Shown one piece after another: positions 53,370 to 64,000 of a stretch of DNA of 64,000 bases (positions within the stretch are counted from its first letter, which is position 1; each line of letters opens with the position of its first letter). Source of the DNA: Pecten maximus. Taxonomy: Eukaryota. The notes beneath the pieces are model-generated. The model ran no database searches. It was not told the DNA's origin and worked only from the letters and a program-made list of their open reading frames with translations. Both the position numbers and the translations under genes were made by a program. The stretch covers positions 12,648,001 to 12,712,000 of the forward strand of contig NC_047020.1 of NCBI RefSeq assembly GCF_902652985.1, read 5' to 3'.

Positions 53370-53602
53370 GAGCCCATTTGTTCAAAAGGTAATGAGGATA
53401 ATCACAGGTTAACAATAATTTAAAATCCTCATAAAATCATTTCTGGTAGAACTAATTTGACGAAGTTTTATCAAACTCTAATACTCACCGGTTTCTTCCT
53501 ACCTACCTACCTATACACACACTCAGGTTTTGAAGTAGAGGAAACATGATATTTTCACTAGTCCAGTGATTAAGCTAATATAACCTTTTGAACAACTGGG
53601 TC
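53370..53602. mobile_element. Degenerate MITE (~230 bp, PIF/Harbinger-like termini)
   Basis: Left end GAGCCCATTTGTTCAAAAGGTAAT..TAATCACAGG matches the reverse complement of the right end, GACCCAGTTGTTCAAAAGGTTAT..TAATCACTGG. TSD not preserved. Confidence 0.55.
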
Positions 53603-53699
53603 CAGATTTTCATTAAGCGCATCTTTGTCACAATTTTGAGTTCCTTTTTATGTTGCTTTCCACATATCAATATCAGTATTCGCCATTACGCTTCAGACT

Positions 53700-54277
53700 T
53701 TGAAAATATCTGTATTTGAAAAATTTATGTCTGTATTTGAGAATGTCTGTATTTGAGAATGTCTGTATGTGAGAATGTCTGACATGTATGTGAGAATGTC
53801 TGTATGTGAGAGTGTCTGACATGTATGAGAGAATGTCTGATATGTACAGTGTATGTGAGAATGTCTGTATGTGAGAATGTATGATATGTATTTGAGAATG
53901 TCTGTATGTGAGAATGTATGATATGTATTTGAGAATGTCTGTATGTGAGAATGTCTGATATGTATTTGTGAATGTCTGTATGTGAGAATGTCTGTATGTG
54001 CGAATGTCTGTATGTGATAATGTCTGTATGTGAGAATGTCTGTATGTGAGAATGTCTGTATGTGAGAATGTCTGTATGTGAGAATGTCTGTATGTTAGAA
54101 TGTCTGTATGTGAGAATGTCTGTATGTGAGAATGTCTGATATGTATTTGAGAATATCTGTATGTGAGAATGTCTGTATGTGAGAATGTCTGTATGTGTGA
54201 ATGTCTGTATGTGATAATGTCTGTTTGTGAGAATGTCTGATATGTATGTGAGAATGTTTGTATGTGAGAATGTCTGT
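53700..54277. repeat. 16-bp minisatellite (TGTCTGTATGTGAGAA)
   Basis: More than 30 units with 20-22-bp variants. Confidence 0.93.
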
Positions 54278-56868
54278 ACTCCAGAATATTCAACTCATTA
54301 TACAATATCTATATTTATGTTATTTCCGTTTTTATGTTTTGTACAATGCTGTTCGTGGATATTTCTGTTTTAGATTTTTTGTAATTGTAATTATATTTGT
54401 AAATATTTATAGATTACAAATGTCTCTCACTCTGGAGGATCTGGATGTATAGAGATATAGTGTAGATTATGTTTGATTTATTTAAATGTTTGACTTTTGA
54501 CAAGTGTGTTCGACACCAGACAGTCGGGCTCTATAGTCGATCAACTCGCGCCAAGATGGACTGGTGACGCGAAATCCGACACCTCAACATGCCATATAAA
54601 TTGGTTACCAAGTAAGATTGAATCCAAATTGAATATCACAAAATTTAGTATTTATAACTGTTCATAATTACTTGTGGTTTATCTTTATTACTGAGCGTAA
54701 AATATTCAATTTTCTTTTTCCCTTTTTGATTTACATAATTAGTGAGTGATCCATAAATTTGCTTGTCCTGATGAAGACAAGCATTGTACCTAACATTAAG
54801 GAGACAGTCATCGCTTGTAGAAAGGGGGATCGTCCGACAGAATGATCCCTTGGCTTTAAATAACATGCATAAAACAGACTACAAAGATACAATGGCTACT
54901 GGGATGTACCGAGCTGTATTTACACGATTATTAGCCCTTTACACATCTAAGGTGTTAAGTCAAGTTGGATTGGAGAGAGAAAGGCAGGTTATTCATTCAA
55001 ATGAAATGTTTTAGATTTAAAAAATGTTACTCGATATTTCAAAGAACTAATAAAAACGGCGATAAAACATTTTCGATTTTTACACTCTCGATGTGAAAAG
55101 GTAATTTTTTTGATTTAATATCACTGTAGAAACATGACTATACAATTATCACGTAAAATTGTACAATGGTTGCTCACGTCTACAAAAGAGACAGCTCTTT
55201 ATCGGTATGGAGGAGCATGTCGGCTATTTTCATCAAATTAGGGGCTGCATTTTCTAAAGCCTGATCTTTTAACGTCATATTACACATGCAGTGACTATGG
55301 TCATTTTGACCAGACAATAGCGCATGAGTCTGGTCATTTAATTCCCTTACTGGTCAGTTTTTGTTTGTATCGTCCAGCGCCTGTCTATCTCAGAACACGA
55401 GTTGTATTGTGGGATCCCCTTCACACTGTCGTGTATTCTACACAGCATTTAAATTGCCGTTATAAAATGATGTTAACTGCAATTTACGATTTTAAACAGA
55501 AAAACACGCGCATTGTACTACTGCATGTAAAATAAGGGGTCTTTATAACGTGTATCAGCATACAATACAGGCCAGATTTGTATTTGCTGAAATCCAATCT
55601 TCCGCCAACTGCGAGCAAATGCAAGTACCAATTGTTAGTCAAAAAGCAATCGGAGACCAACTGTAACTCTCCTTTGTATTATTCTTAAAAGATGTACAGA
55701 AAGTTTTTTACCGTCAATGAAATACAATAGCATGTTATCAGGAAGAGTGTAGGAGCCTTACAACTGTGTGTCCAAATACCCCAAACTTCACTGATAACAT
55801 TTAAATATTAGCATGTGAAGACCCGAGCACCTGGCTAGGCCAGGACAGCCTAAACATCAGAGGTATTTAGTTTGTTGTAATTCTACGGAATAAATAATGG
55901 GATAAAGATGGGGATATTCCCATGCATTTGAATAGAACCCGATAATGTAGCACCCCCATCCTAACCCATTAATATACAGTCATTTAGCCTGGAAATCATA
56001 CACACGGTGGCTGCCTGCGGTTATGCAGAATTTCTAATGATTAAATCAAACTAAACTGTGAATTGCAATGGATTGTCTGATAAAATATGTGGATCAAATT
56101 GTTAGGAATCTCAAGCTGTTCTTCTTTGACATTGAGACAGTGAAATTGGAAAACGGCGGGAAGGGAAGTTACAAGCGTGGCGCGATTATTGTTTGAATGC
56201 GCACGTCAGTGCACGTGCCTAGATAATGGGCGATTTATTTATCACTATTTGGTTTTTATGCGGTTCCGTACACTTGCCTGGAGTAGATGGTAGTCGTAGC
56301 TATGTAGATATGTTGTAATCGTCCATTTTAAGATACATATAGCGACAAGCTCGATTTCAAACGAAGCATCTACTCACGTGCTCATGTGGAACCGAGAAGC
56401 ACGGATTGACCCCGGGCATGTGTTACCAGGTTTGGTTCTTTATGTTATTGATGTTCCGCTTTCCCGTTCATTCTTTATTTTATTGTTTCTTTTGAAGACC
56501 AGTACTTTCAGAAACGTCTGAAATTAAGGAAAGAATTTATTATTAAGTGTTTTGGTTTAAACACACAGCTAATGATTACTAAAAGATACATATTTGCCAT
56601 TCCTTACAAAGGAAACACAAAACCAAGTAAATGTAGTTCCTGACTGAAAAAAAAACAGAAAAGGAAATTACAACAAATTAGACATATAACTCGGCATCAG
56701 GCATTAGTAATAGGCGGGTATCTCATATCGTCTGACAAATGATGGAGGGTTATTGGGCTCCAACCACGTGGTTTGACGAAGAAATCGCCAAACAAACTTA
56801 ACAGAGTATCCATCGCGTTTTTGGCAATGGTATTGTTATGATGTATCTGTCGTGTTATTTGGTATATA

Positions 56869-57828
56869 ATTAATTTTTCCTTGTTTTCATGGTAAATACT
56901 CAAATGTGATTGGTCGAAAAATTCTTTTCATTTAAGGATTGAATCTTGATTTGGTCGATTTCATGGGGTCATAAATTAAGTTGCTCTTGAGACAAATTTA
57001 ATGAACTGCGAAGTAGTTCATGTTGAATTTGTCTCAAGAGCAACTCGATTCATGACCCCATGAAATCGACCAAATCAAGATTCAATCCTTATATTTCAAT
57101 TGGGTTTTTTTTCGAATAAAAAAAGTCGGTCTAGATATTAATGTCTCGAAGCTTGTGCAAGTCCAAATGGGGAAAAGCCCGAGGAGTTCCGGATTGTGCA
57201 TGTCGAGTTGGTCGAGTAAAATAGTCCGCCATTTTAGGATTAAAAAACAGCATTATTTTGTCAAAATAGAAGTATTAAGCACATCTGGTCTTTCATAAAA
57301 TACAAGAATACATTATGAATTTGATAATTTTAATAATTATTCCATGTTTATAATAACAATGTAGAAAAAGTGAAATCGTTCCGCGGAAGGATTTTGTCTA
57401 GGTATTCATACGCACTTATCAGTGTTAATCTGGTCAAATTCATGGGCAAATGAAACAGATTAAGTTTGGTAGTTTCATTTAGTCCAACTTGAGTAGAAAT
57501 TGAAATATTCTTCTATGAAAGAAATTCCGAGAATGGCGCGAAAAATGTGACGTCACAATACGACAATTGACGTTGCGTATTGATTTGAGAAAAAGAATCC
57601 CATTTAAAACCAGTAAAACTGTACATAAAACATGTTTTAAATTAGAAAATCATTTTCAAAAATTAATTATAAGCGTTGATGTCATTTTTTTTATAGTTTC
57701 ATCGGGGTATGAAACAAATTTTGTTTACAAACTTCTGTAAGAATCCGCTTCGCGGATTCATACAGTTTGCAAACAAAATTTGTTTCATTCCCCGATGAAA
57801 CTAAAAAAAAATGACATCAGTGCTTAAA
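56869..57828. mobile_element. ~960-bp non-coding inserted element with two long subterminal palindromes (Crypton-like non-autonomous element, tentative)
   Basis: Hairpins at 56933-57091 and 57670-57826. The empty site GGTATATATTGACAG is preserved in a neighbouring repeat unit (57874-57888). Only TA/ATA is duplicated, and there are no TIRs. Confidence 0.7.
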
Positions 57829-57925
57829 TATTGACAGTGTGGTAATGTACATGTTGTATCTATCACGTTATTTGGTATATATTGACAGTGTGATAATGTA
57901 TCTATCGTGTTATTTGGTATACACT

Positions 57926-58670
57926 TCAATAACACCATCGTTGACCCCGTGACACCCTCATCTACAATAACACCATCCTTGACACCCTCATCCTCAATAA
58001 CACCATCCTTGACACCCTCGTCCTCAATAACACCATCATTGACACCCTCGTCCTCAATAACACCATCACTGACACCCTCCTCCTCAATAACACCATCATT
58101 GACACCCTCATCCTCAATAACACCATCGTTGACACCCTCCTCCTCAATAACACCATCGTTGACCCAATGACTTCCTCGTCCTCAATTACACTATCGTTGG
58201 CCTGATGACACCCTCATCATCAATAACACCATCATTGACACCCTCGTCCTCAATAACACCATCCTTGACACCCTCATCCTCAATAACACCATCCTTGACA
58301 CCCTCATCCTCAATAACATCATCATTGACACCCTCCTCCTCAATAACACCATTTCACCTGATGACACCTTCATCCTCAATAACACCATTGTTGGTCTGAT
58401 GACACCCTCCTCCTCAATAACACCATCGCTGACCTGATGACACCCTCATCCTCAATAACACCATCGTTGACCCGATGACACCCTCATCCTCAATAACACC
58501 ATCCTTGACACCCTCGTCCTCAATAACACCATCCTTGACACCCTCGTCCTCAATAACACCATCCTTGACACCCTCATCCTCAATAACACCATCCTTGACA
58601 CCCTCATCCTCAATAACACCATCCTTGACACCCTCATCCTCAATAACAACATCGCTTACCTGATGACACC
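57926..58670. repeat. 30-bp minisatellite (ACACCCTCATCCTCAATAACACCATCCTTG) with ~38-bp variants
   Basis: About 23 units; source of the spurious TPSSSITPSL ORFs. Confidence 0.93.
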
Positions 58671-59462
58671 TAATCTGTTTAATAACAGAGGATACATATT
58701 ATCAAAGCTTACACCTTATATGTTATTTGTATAAACATATTGTGGATTCCTTCTGTACTCAGTTCTATCTAATTAAACCTATCAATCATATATTTAAGAA
58801 GTTATTAAGCCAATTTCGTATGCAGTGTCACAGTCTCAATATCGAGTCTGGGCGTTATAATAACATCCCTAGAAATCAGAGGATTTGTACTGTCTGTGAT
58901 AAAAATGACGTAGAGGATGAAGTGCATTTTGTACTTCTCTGTCCGGCATATTCCGAATTAAGGGCGACATACATCAAAAAGTATTTTTATTGTCGACCAA
59001 GTGTGTATAAGTATATTGAATTATTCTCGAGTAAAAGTGTTAAAATTTTGAATATGTTGGGTAAGTATTTGTTTCGTGCTACAGCGAAAAGAAAAGCCCT
59101 GCTTGCAAGTAATTAAATTGATCTTAGTTTGTTGCTATTATTGATTCATCATTTTTCATCAGTGTCACTGTTGCTTCTGTAGCTTTTTATATAGTATGAC
59201 GTCATCCGTTATGACGTGTCGTTACTATGTATGACGTGATGGTTTTGTCATATTAATTCAATAAGTTGAAACTGGTGAGTTTACAGTGTATATTGATAAC
59301 ACAATGTAGTTACAACATGTCTTGTACATCTCATTACAGTAGTATTGATGGTAATATTGTCCTCCGCCATCTTATGCTTGTCTATGTCATGATAATTATG
59401 AAAATGTTTGTACTGTTCCCTATATGCTTGTTTTGCATTTGGATGAAATAAAAACATGAAAA
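58671..59462 (+). mobile_element. 5'-truncated non-LTR retrotransposon 3' end (RTE-X-like), related to but diverged from the element at 14502
   Basis: YKHIVDSFCTQFYLIKP..HSLNIESGRY..RICTVC..VEDEVHFVLLCPAY aligns by eye with the 14607/14983 ORFs. The 3' UTR ends in AATAAAAACATGAAAA. Confidence 0.85.
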
Positions 59463-59981
59463 TATCCTGTCACGCCCAATCATTTTAAAAACGTTTCTTC
59501 CTCTTAATCTTTTATCGTCGATGTCGGCACTGGTCAGTTAGAACTCATATCACTTTCGATATACAAATTCACTAGCAGTTTCTAAGATCGCCTTGGCAGC
59601 ATTTGTCAATATACTGACAGAAGATTGTTTTTAATCTGTTTGGACAACACAGCCACATCGGTACATTGTAAAGCATGTTAAAAATCAGTCAACAGAAATA
59701 GTATACGATACAATGTATTCAGGCAAATCAAACTTGACTTTAAAATAATCATTTAGCCAATGGAGTGTTAGATATCCATCGTGGTTCTTCAGCCTGTCTG
59801 TTTGCCAATGCATCAGGCATCCAAGGTTTTCGTCCAGTAGTGCATAAATATGCGCGTTGTACGCCGGTATAGCTTATATTTCCGTCACAAGTGCACACCT
59901 TATCAATATATCTAGAAATAAATTATAATGAAGGCCCTAATAGAAATATTGATTAAATTACTAAACCGGTAAATATGGAGA

Positions 59982-62900
59982 GTATCTTTATACTGTCTGT
60001 GTAACTTACCAGTAACTTTATACTGTCTGTGTAACATCACCAGTATCTTTATACTGACTGTGTAACTTCACCAGTGTCTTTATACTGTCTGTGTAACTTC
60101 ACCAGTGTCTTTATACTGCCTGTGTTACATCACCAGTATCTTTATACTGACTGTGTAACTTCACCAGTATCTTTATACTGTCTGTGTAACTTCACCGGTG
60201 TCTTTATACTGTCCGTGTAACATCACAAGTGTCTTTATACTGTCTGTGTAACTTCACAAGTGTCTTTATACTGTCGATGTAACTTCACCAGTATCTTTAT
60301 ACTGCCTGTGTAACTTCACCAGTATCCTTATACTGTCTGTGTAACATCACCTCTATCTTTATACTGTCTGTGTAACATCACCAGTATCTTTATACTGTCT
60401 GTGTTACTTCACCAGTATCTTTATACTGTCGATGTAACTTCACCAGTATCTTTATACTGCCTGTGTAACTTCACCAGTATCTTTATACTGCCTGTGTTAC
60501 TTCACCAGTATCTTTATACTGTCTGTGTAACTTCACCAGTATCTTTATACTGTCTGTGTATCTTTATACTGCCTGTGTAACATCACCAGTGTCTTTATAC
60601 TGTCTGTGTAACTTCACCAGTATCTTTATACTGTCTGTGTAACTTCACCAGTGTCTTTATACTGCCTGTGTAACTTCACCAGTATCTTTATACTGCCTGT
60701 GTAACTTCACCAGTGTCTTTATACTGCCTGTGTAACTTCACCAGTGTCTTTATACTGACTGTGTAACTTCACCAGTATCTTTATACTGACTGTGTAACTT
60801 CACCAGTGTCTTTATCCTGTCTGTGTAACTTCACCAGTATCTTTATACTGTCTGTGTAACTTCATCTCTATCTTTATACCGCCTGTGTAACTTCACCTCT
60901 ATCTTTATACTGTCTGTGTAACTTCATCTCTATCTTTATACCGCCTGTGTAACTTCACCTCTATCTTTATACTGTCTGTGTAACTTCACCACTATCTTTA
61001 TACTGCCTGTGTTACTTCACCAGTATCTTTATACTGTCTGTGTAACTTCACCAGTGTCTTTATACTGTCTGTGTAACTTCACCACTATCTTTATACTGCC
61101 TGTGTTACTTCACCAGTATCTTTATACTGTCTGTGTAACTTCACCAGTATCTTTATACTGTCTGTGTAACTTCACCAGTGTCTTTATACTGTCTGTGTAA
61201 CTTCACCAGTATCTTTATACTGTCTGTGTAACTTCACTAGTATCTTTATACTGTCTGTGTAACTTACCAGTGTCTTTATACTGTCTGTGTAACTTCACTA
61301 GTATCTTTATACTGTCTGTGTAACTTCACCAGTATCTTTATACTGTCTGTGTAACTTACCAGTATCTTTATACTGCCTGTGTAACTTCACTAGTGTCTTT
61401 ATACTGTCTGTGTAACTTCACTAGTATCTTTATACTGTCTGTGTAACTTCACCAGTGTCTTTATACTGTCTGTGTAACTTCACCAGTATCTTTATACTGT
61501 CTGTGTAACTTCACTAGTATCTTTATACTGTCTGTGTAACTTACCAGTGTCTTTATACTGTCTGTGTAACTTACCAGTGTCTTTATACTGTCTGTGTAAC
61601 TTCACTAGTATCTTTATACTGTCTGTGTAACTTCACCAGTATCTTTATACTGTCTGTGTAACTTACCAGTATCTTTATACTGTCTGTGTAACTTACCAGT
61701 GTCTTTATACTGTCTGTGTAACTTCACTAGTGTCTTTATACTGTCTGTGTAACTTCACTAGTATCTTTATACTGCCTGTGTAACTTCACAAGTGTCTTTA
61801 TACTGCCTGTGTAACTTCACTAGTATCTTTATACTGTCTGTGTAACTTCACCAGTATCTTTATACTGTCTGTGTAACTTCATCTCTATCTTTATACTGTC
61901 TGTGTAACTTCACCACTATCTTTATACTGCCTGTGTTACTTCACCAGTATCTTTATACTGTCTGTGTAACTTCACCAGTATCTTTATACTGTCTGTGTAA
62001 CTTCACCAGTGTCTTTATACTGCCTGTATAACTTCACCAGTATCTTTATACTGACTGTGTAACTTCACCAGTATCTTTATATTGACTGTGTAACTTCACC
62101 AGTGTCTTTATACTGTCTGTGTAACTTCACCAGTATCTTTATACTGACTATGTAACTTCACCAGTATCTTTATACTGCCTGTGTAACTTCACCGGTATCT
62201 TTATTCTGTCCGTGTAACATCACCAGTGTCTTTATACTGTCTGTGTAACTTCACCAGTATCTTTATACTGCCTGTGTAACTTCACCAGTATCTTTATACT
62301 GCCTGTGTAACTTCACCAGTATCTTTATACTGCCTGTGTAACATCACCAGTATCTTTATACTGTCTGTGTAACTTCACCGGTATCTTTATTCTGTCCGTG
62401 TAACATCACCAGTGTCTTTATACTGTCTGTGTAACTTCACCAGTATCTTTATACTGCCTGTGTAACTTCACCAGTATCTTTATACTGACTGTGTAACTTC
62501 ACCAGTATCTTTATACCGTCTGTGTAACATCACCAGTATCTTTATACTGCCTGTGTAACATCACCAGTGTCTTTATACTGATTGTGTTACTTCACCAGTA
62601 TATTTATACTGTCTGTGTTACTTCACCAGTATCTTTATACTGACTGTGTAACTTCACCAGTATCTTTATACTGTCTGTGTAACTTCACCAGTGTCTTTAT
62701 ACTGTCTGTGTAACATCACCTCTTTCTTTATACTGCCTGTGTAACATCACCAGTATCGTTATACTGCCTGTGTAACTTCACCAGTATCTTTATACTGACT
62801 GTGTAACTTCACCAGTGTCTTTATACTGTCTGTGTAACTTCACCAGTGTCTTTATACTGTCTGTGTAACTTACCAGTGTCTTTATACTGTCTGTGTAACT

Positions 62901-64000
62901 TCACCTCTATCTTTATAGTGCCTGTGTAACATCACCAGTATCTTTATACTGCCTTTGTAACTTCACCAGTATCTTTATACTGTCTGTGTAACTTCACCAG
63001 TATCTTTATACTGCCTGTGTAACTTCACCAGTATCTTTATACTGCCTGTGTAACATCACCAGTATCTTTATACTGTCTGTGTAACTTCACCGGTATCTTT
63101 ATTCTGTCCGTGTAACATCACCAGTATCTTTATACTGTCTGTGTAACCTCACCGGTATCTTTATTCTGTCCGTGTAACATCACCAGTATCTTTATACTGC
63201 CTGTGTAACTTCACCAGTATCTTTATACTGTCTGTGTAACTTCACCAGTATCTTTATACTGTCTGTGTAACTTCACCAGTATCTTTATACTGTCTGTGTA
63301 ACTTCACCTCTATCTTTATACTGTCTGTGTAACTTCACCAGTATCTTTATACTGTCTGTGTAACTTCACCAGTATCTTTATACTGTCTGTGTAACTTCAC
63401 CTCTATCTTTATACTGTCTGTGTAACTTCACCGGTATCTTTATACTGTCTGTGTAACTTCACCAGTATCTTTATACTGCCTGTGTAGCTTCACCAGTATC
63501 TTTATACTGTCTGTGTATCTTTATACTGTCTGTGTAACTTCACCAGTATCTTTATACTGTCTGTGTAACTTCACCTCTATCTTTATACTGTCTGTGTAAC
63601 TTCACCTCTATCTTTATACTGTCTGTGTAACTTCACCAGTATCTTTATACTGCCTGTGTAACTTCACCAGTATCTTTATACTGTCTGTGTAACTTCACCT
63701 CTATCTTTATACTGTCTGTGTAACATCACCAGTATCTTTATACTGTCTGTGTAACTTCACCAGTATCTTTATACTGTCTGTGTAACATCACCAGTATCTT
63801 TATACTGCCTGTGTAACTTCACCAGTATCTTTATACTGCCTGTGTAACTTCACTAGTATCTTTATACTGTCTGTGTAACTTCACCAGTATCTTTATACTG
63901 TCTGTGTAACTTCACCAGTCTCTTTATACTCTCTGTGTAACTTCACCAGTATCTTTATACTGTCTGTGTAACTTCACTAGTATCTTTATACTGCCTGTGT
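59982..64000. repeat. 31-bp satellite (TATCTTTATACTGTCTGTGTAACTTCACCAG), more than 4 kb, runs off the window
   Basis: About 130 tandem units. Confidence 0.97.

Noticed and set aside
54760-54790. Hammerhead ribozyme core CTGATGA inside a small hairpin
   Set aside because: There is no stem II followed by GAAA and no stem III or cleavage triplet.
57907-58663. Mucin-like (TPSSSITPSL)n ORFs
   Set aside because: The ~38-bp variant units shift frame and introduce stops, and there are no convincing splice or signal sequences; this is a non-coding minisatellite.

Overview
AT-rich animal genomic DNA, most consistent with a bivalve mollusc (inferred from the V-domain SINE, HINE/Helentron-type and RTE-X-like repeats; not verified). 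The first 14 kb hold two apparently intronless minus-strand genes: a 974-aa protein with nine C2H2 zinc fingers and a 341-aa ankyrin/SOCS-box (ASB17-like) protein. I found no convincing coding sequence in the remaining ~50 kb. That part contains more than 15 unrelated minisatellite arrays, three 5'-truncated LINE tails (two inserted with target-site duplications into the same minisatellite), a MITE, an N gap and a probably mis-basecalled repeat block. The most interesting observations are: (i) two 38-44 bp palindromes of 16-17 bp CAGAG-terminal arms between 7-bp TSDs, resembling P-element excision footprints; (ii) a ~960-bp insertion without TIRs that carries two unrelated ~158-bp hairpins with GAA triloops; (iii) a 14-bp repeat present in two forms related by complete T<->G exchange, probably a sequencing artefact; (iv) a possible KH-like N-terminal domain on the zinc-finger protein. 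I cannot support a new multi-gene system from this sequence alone.
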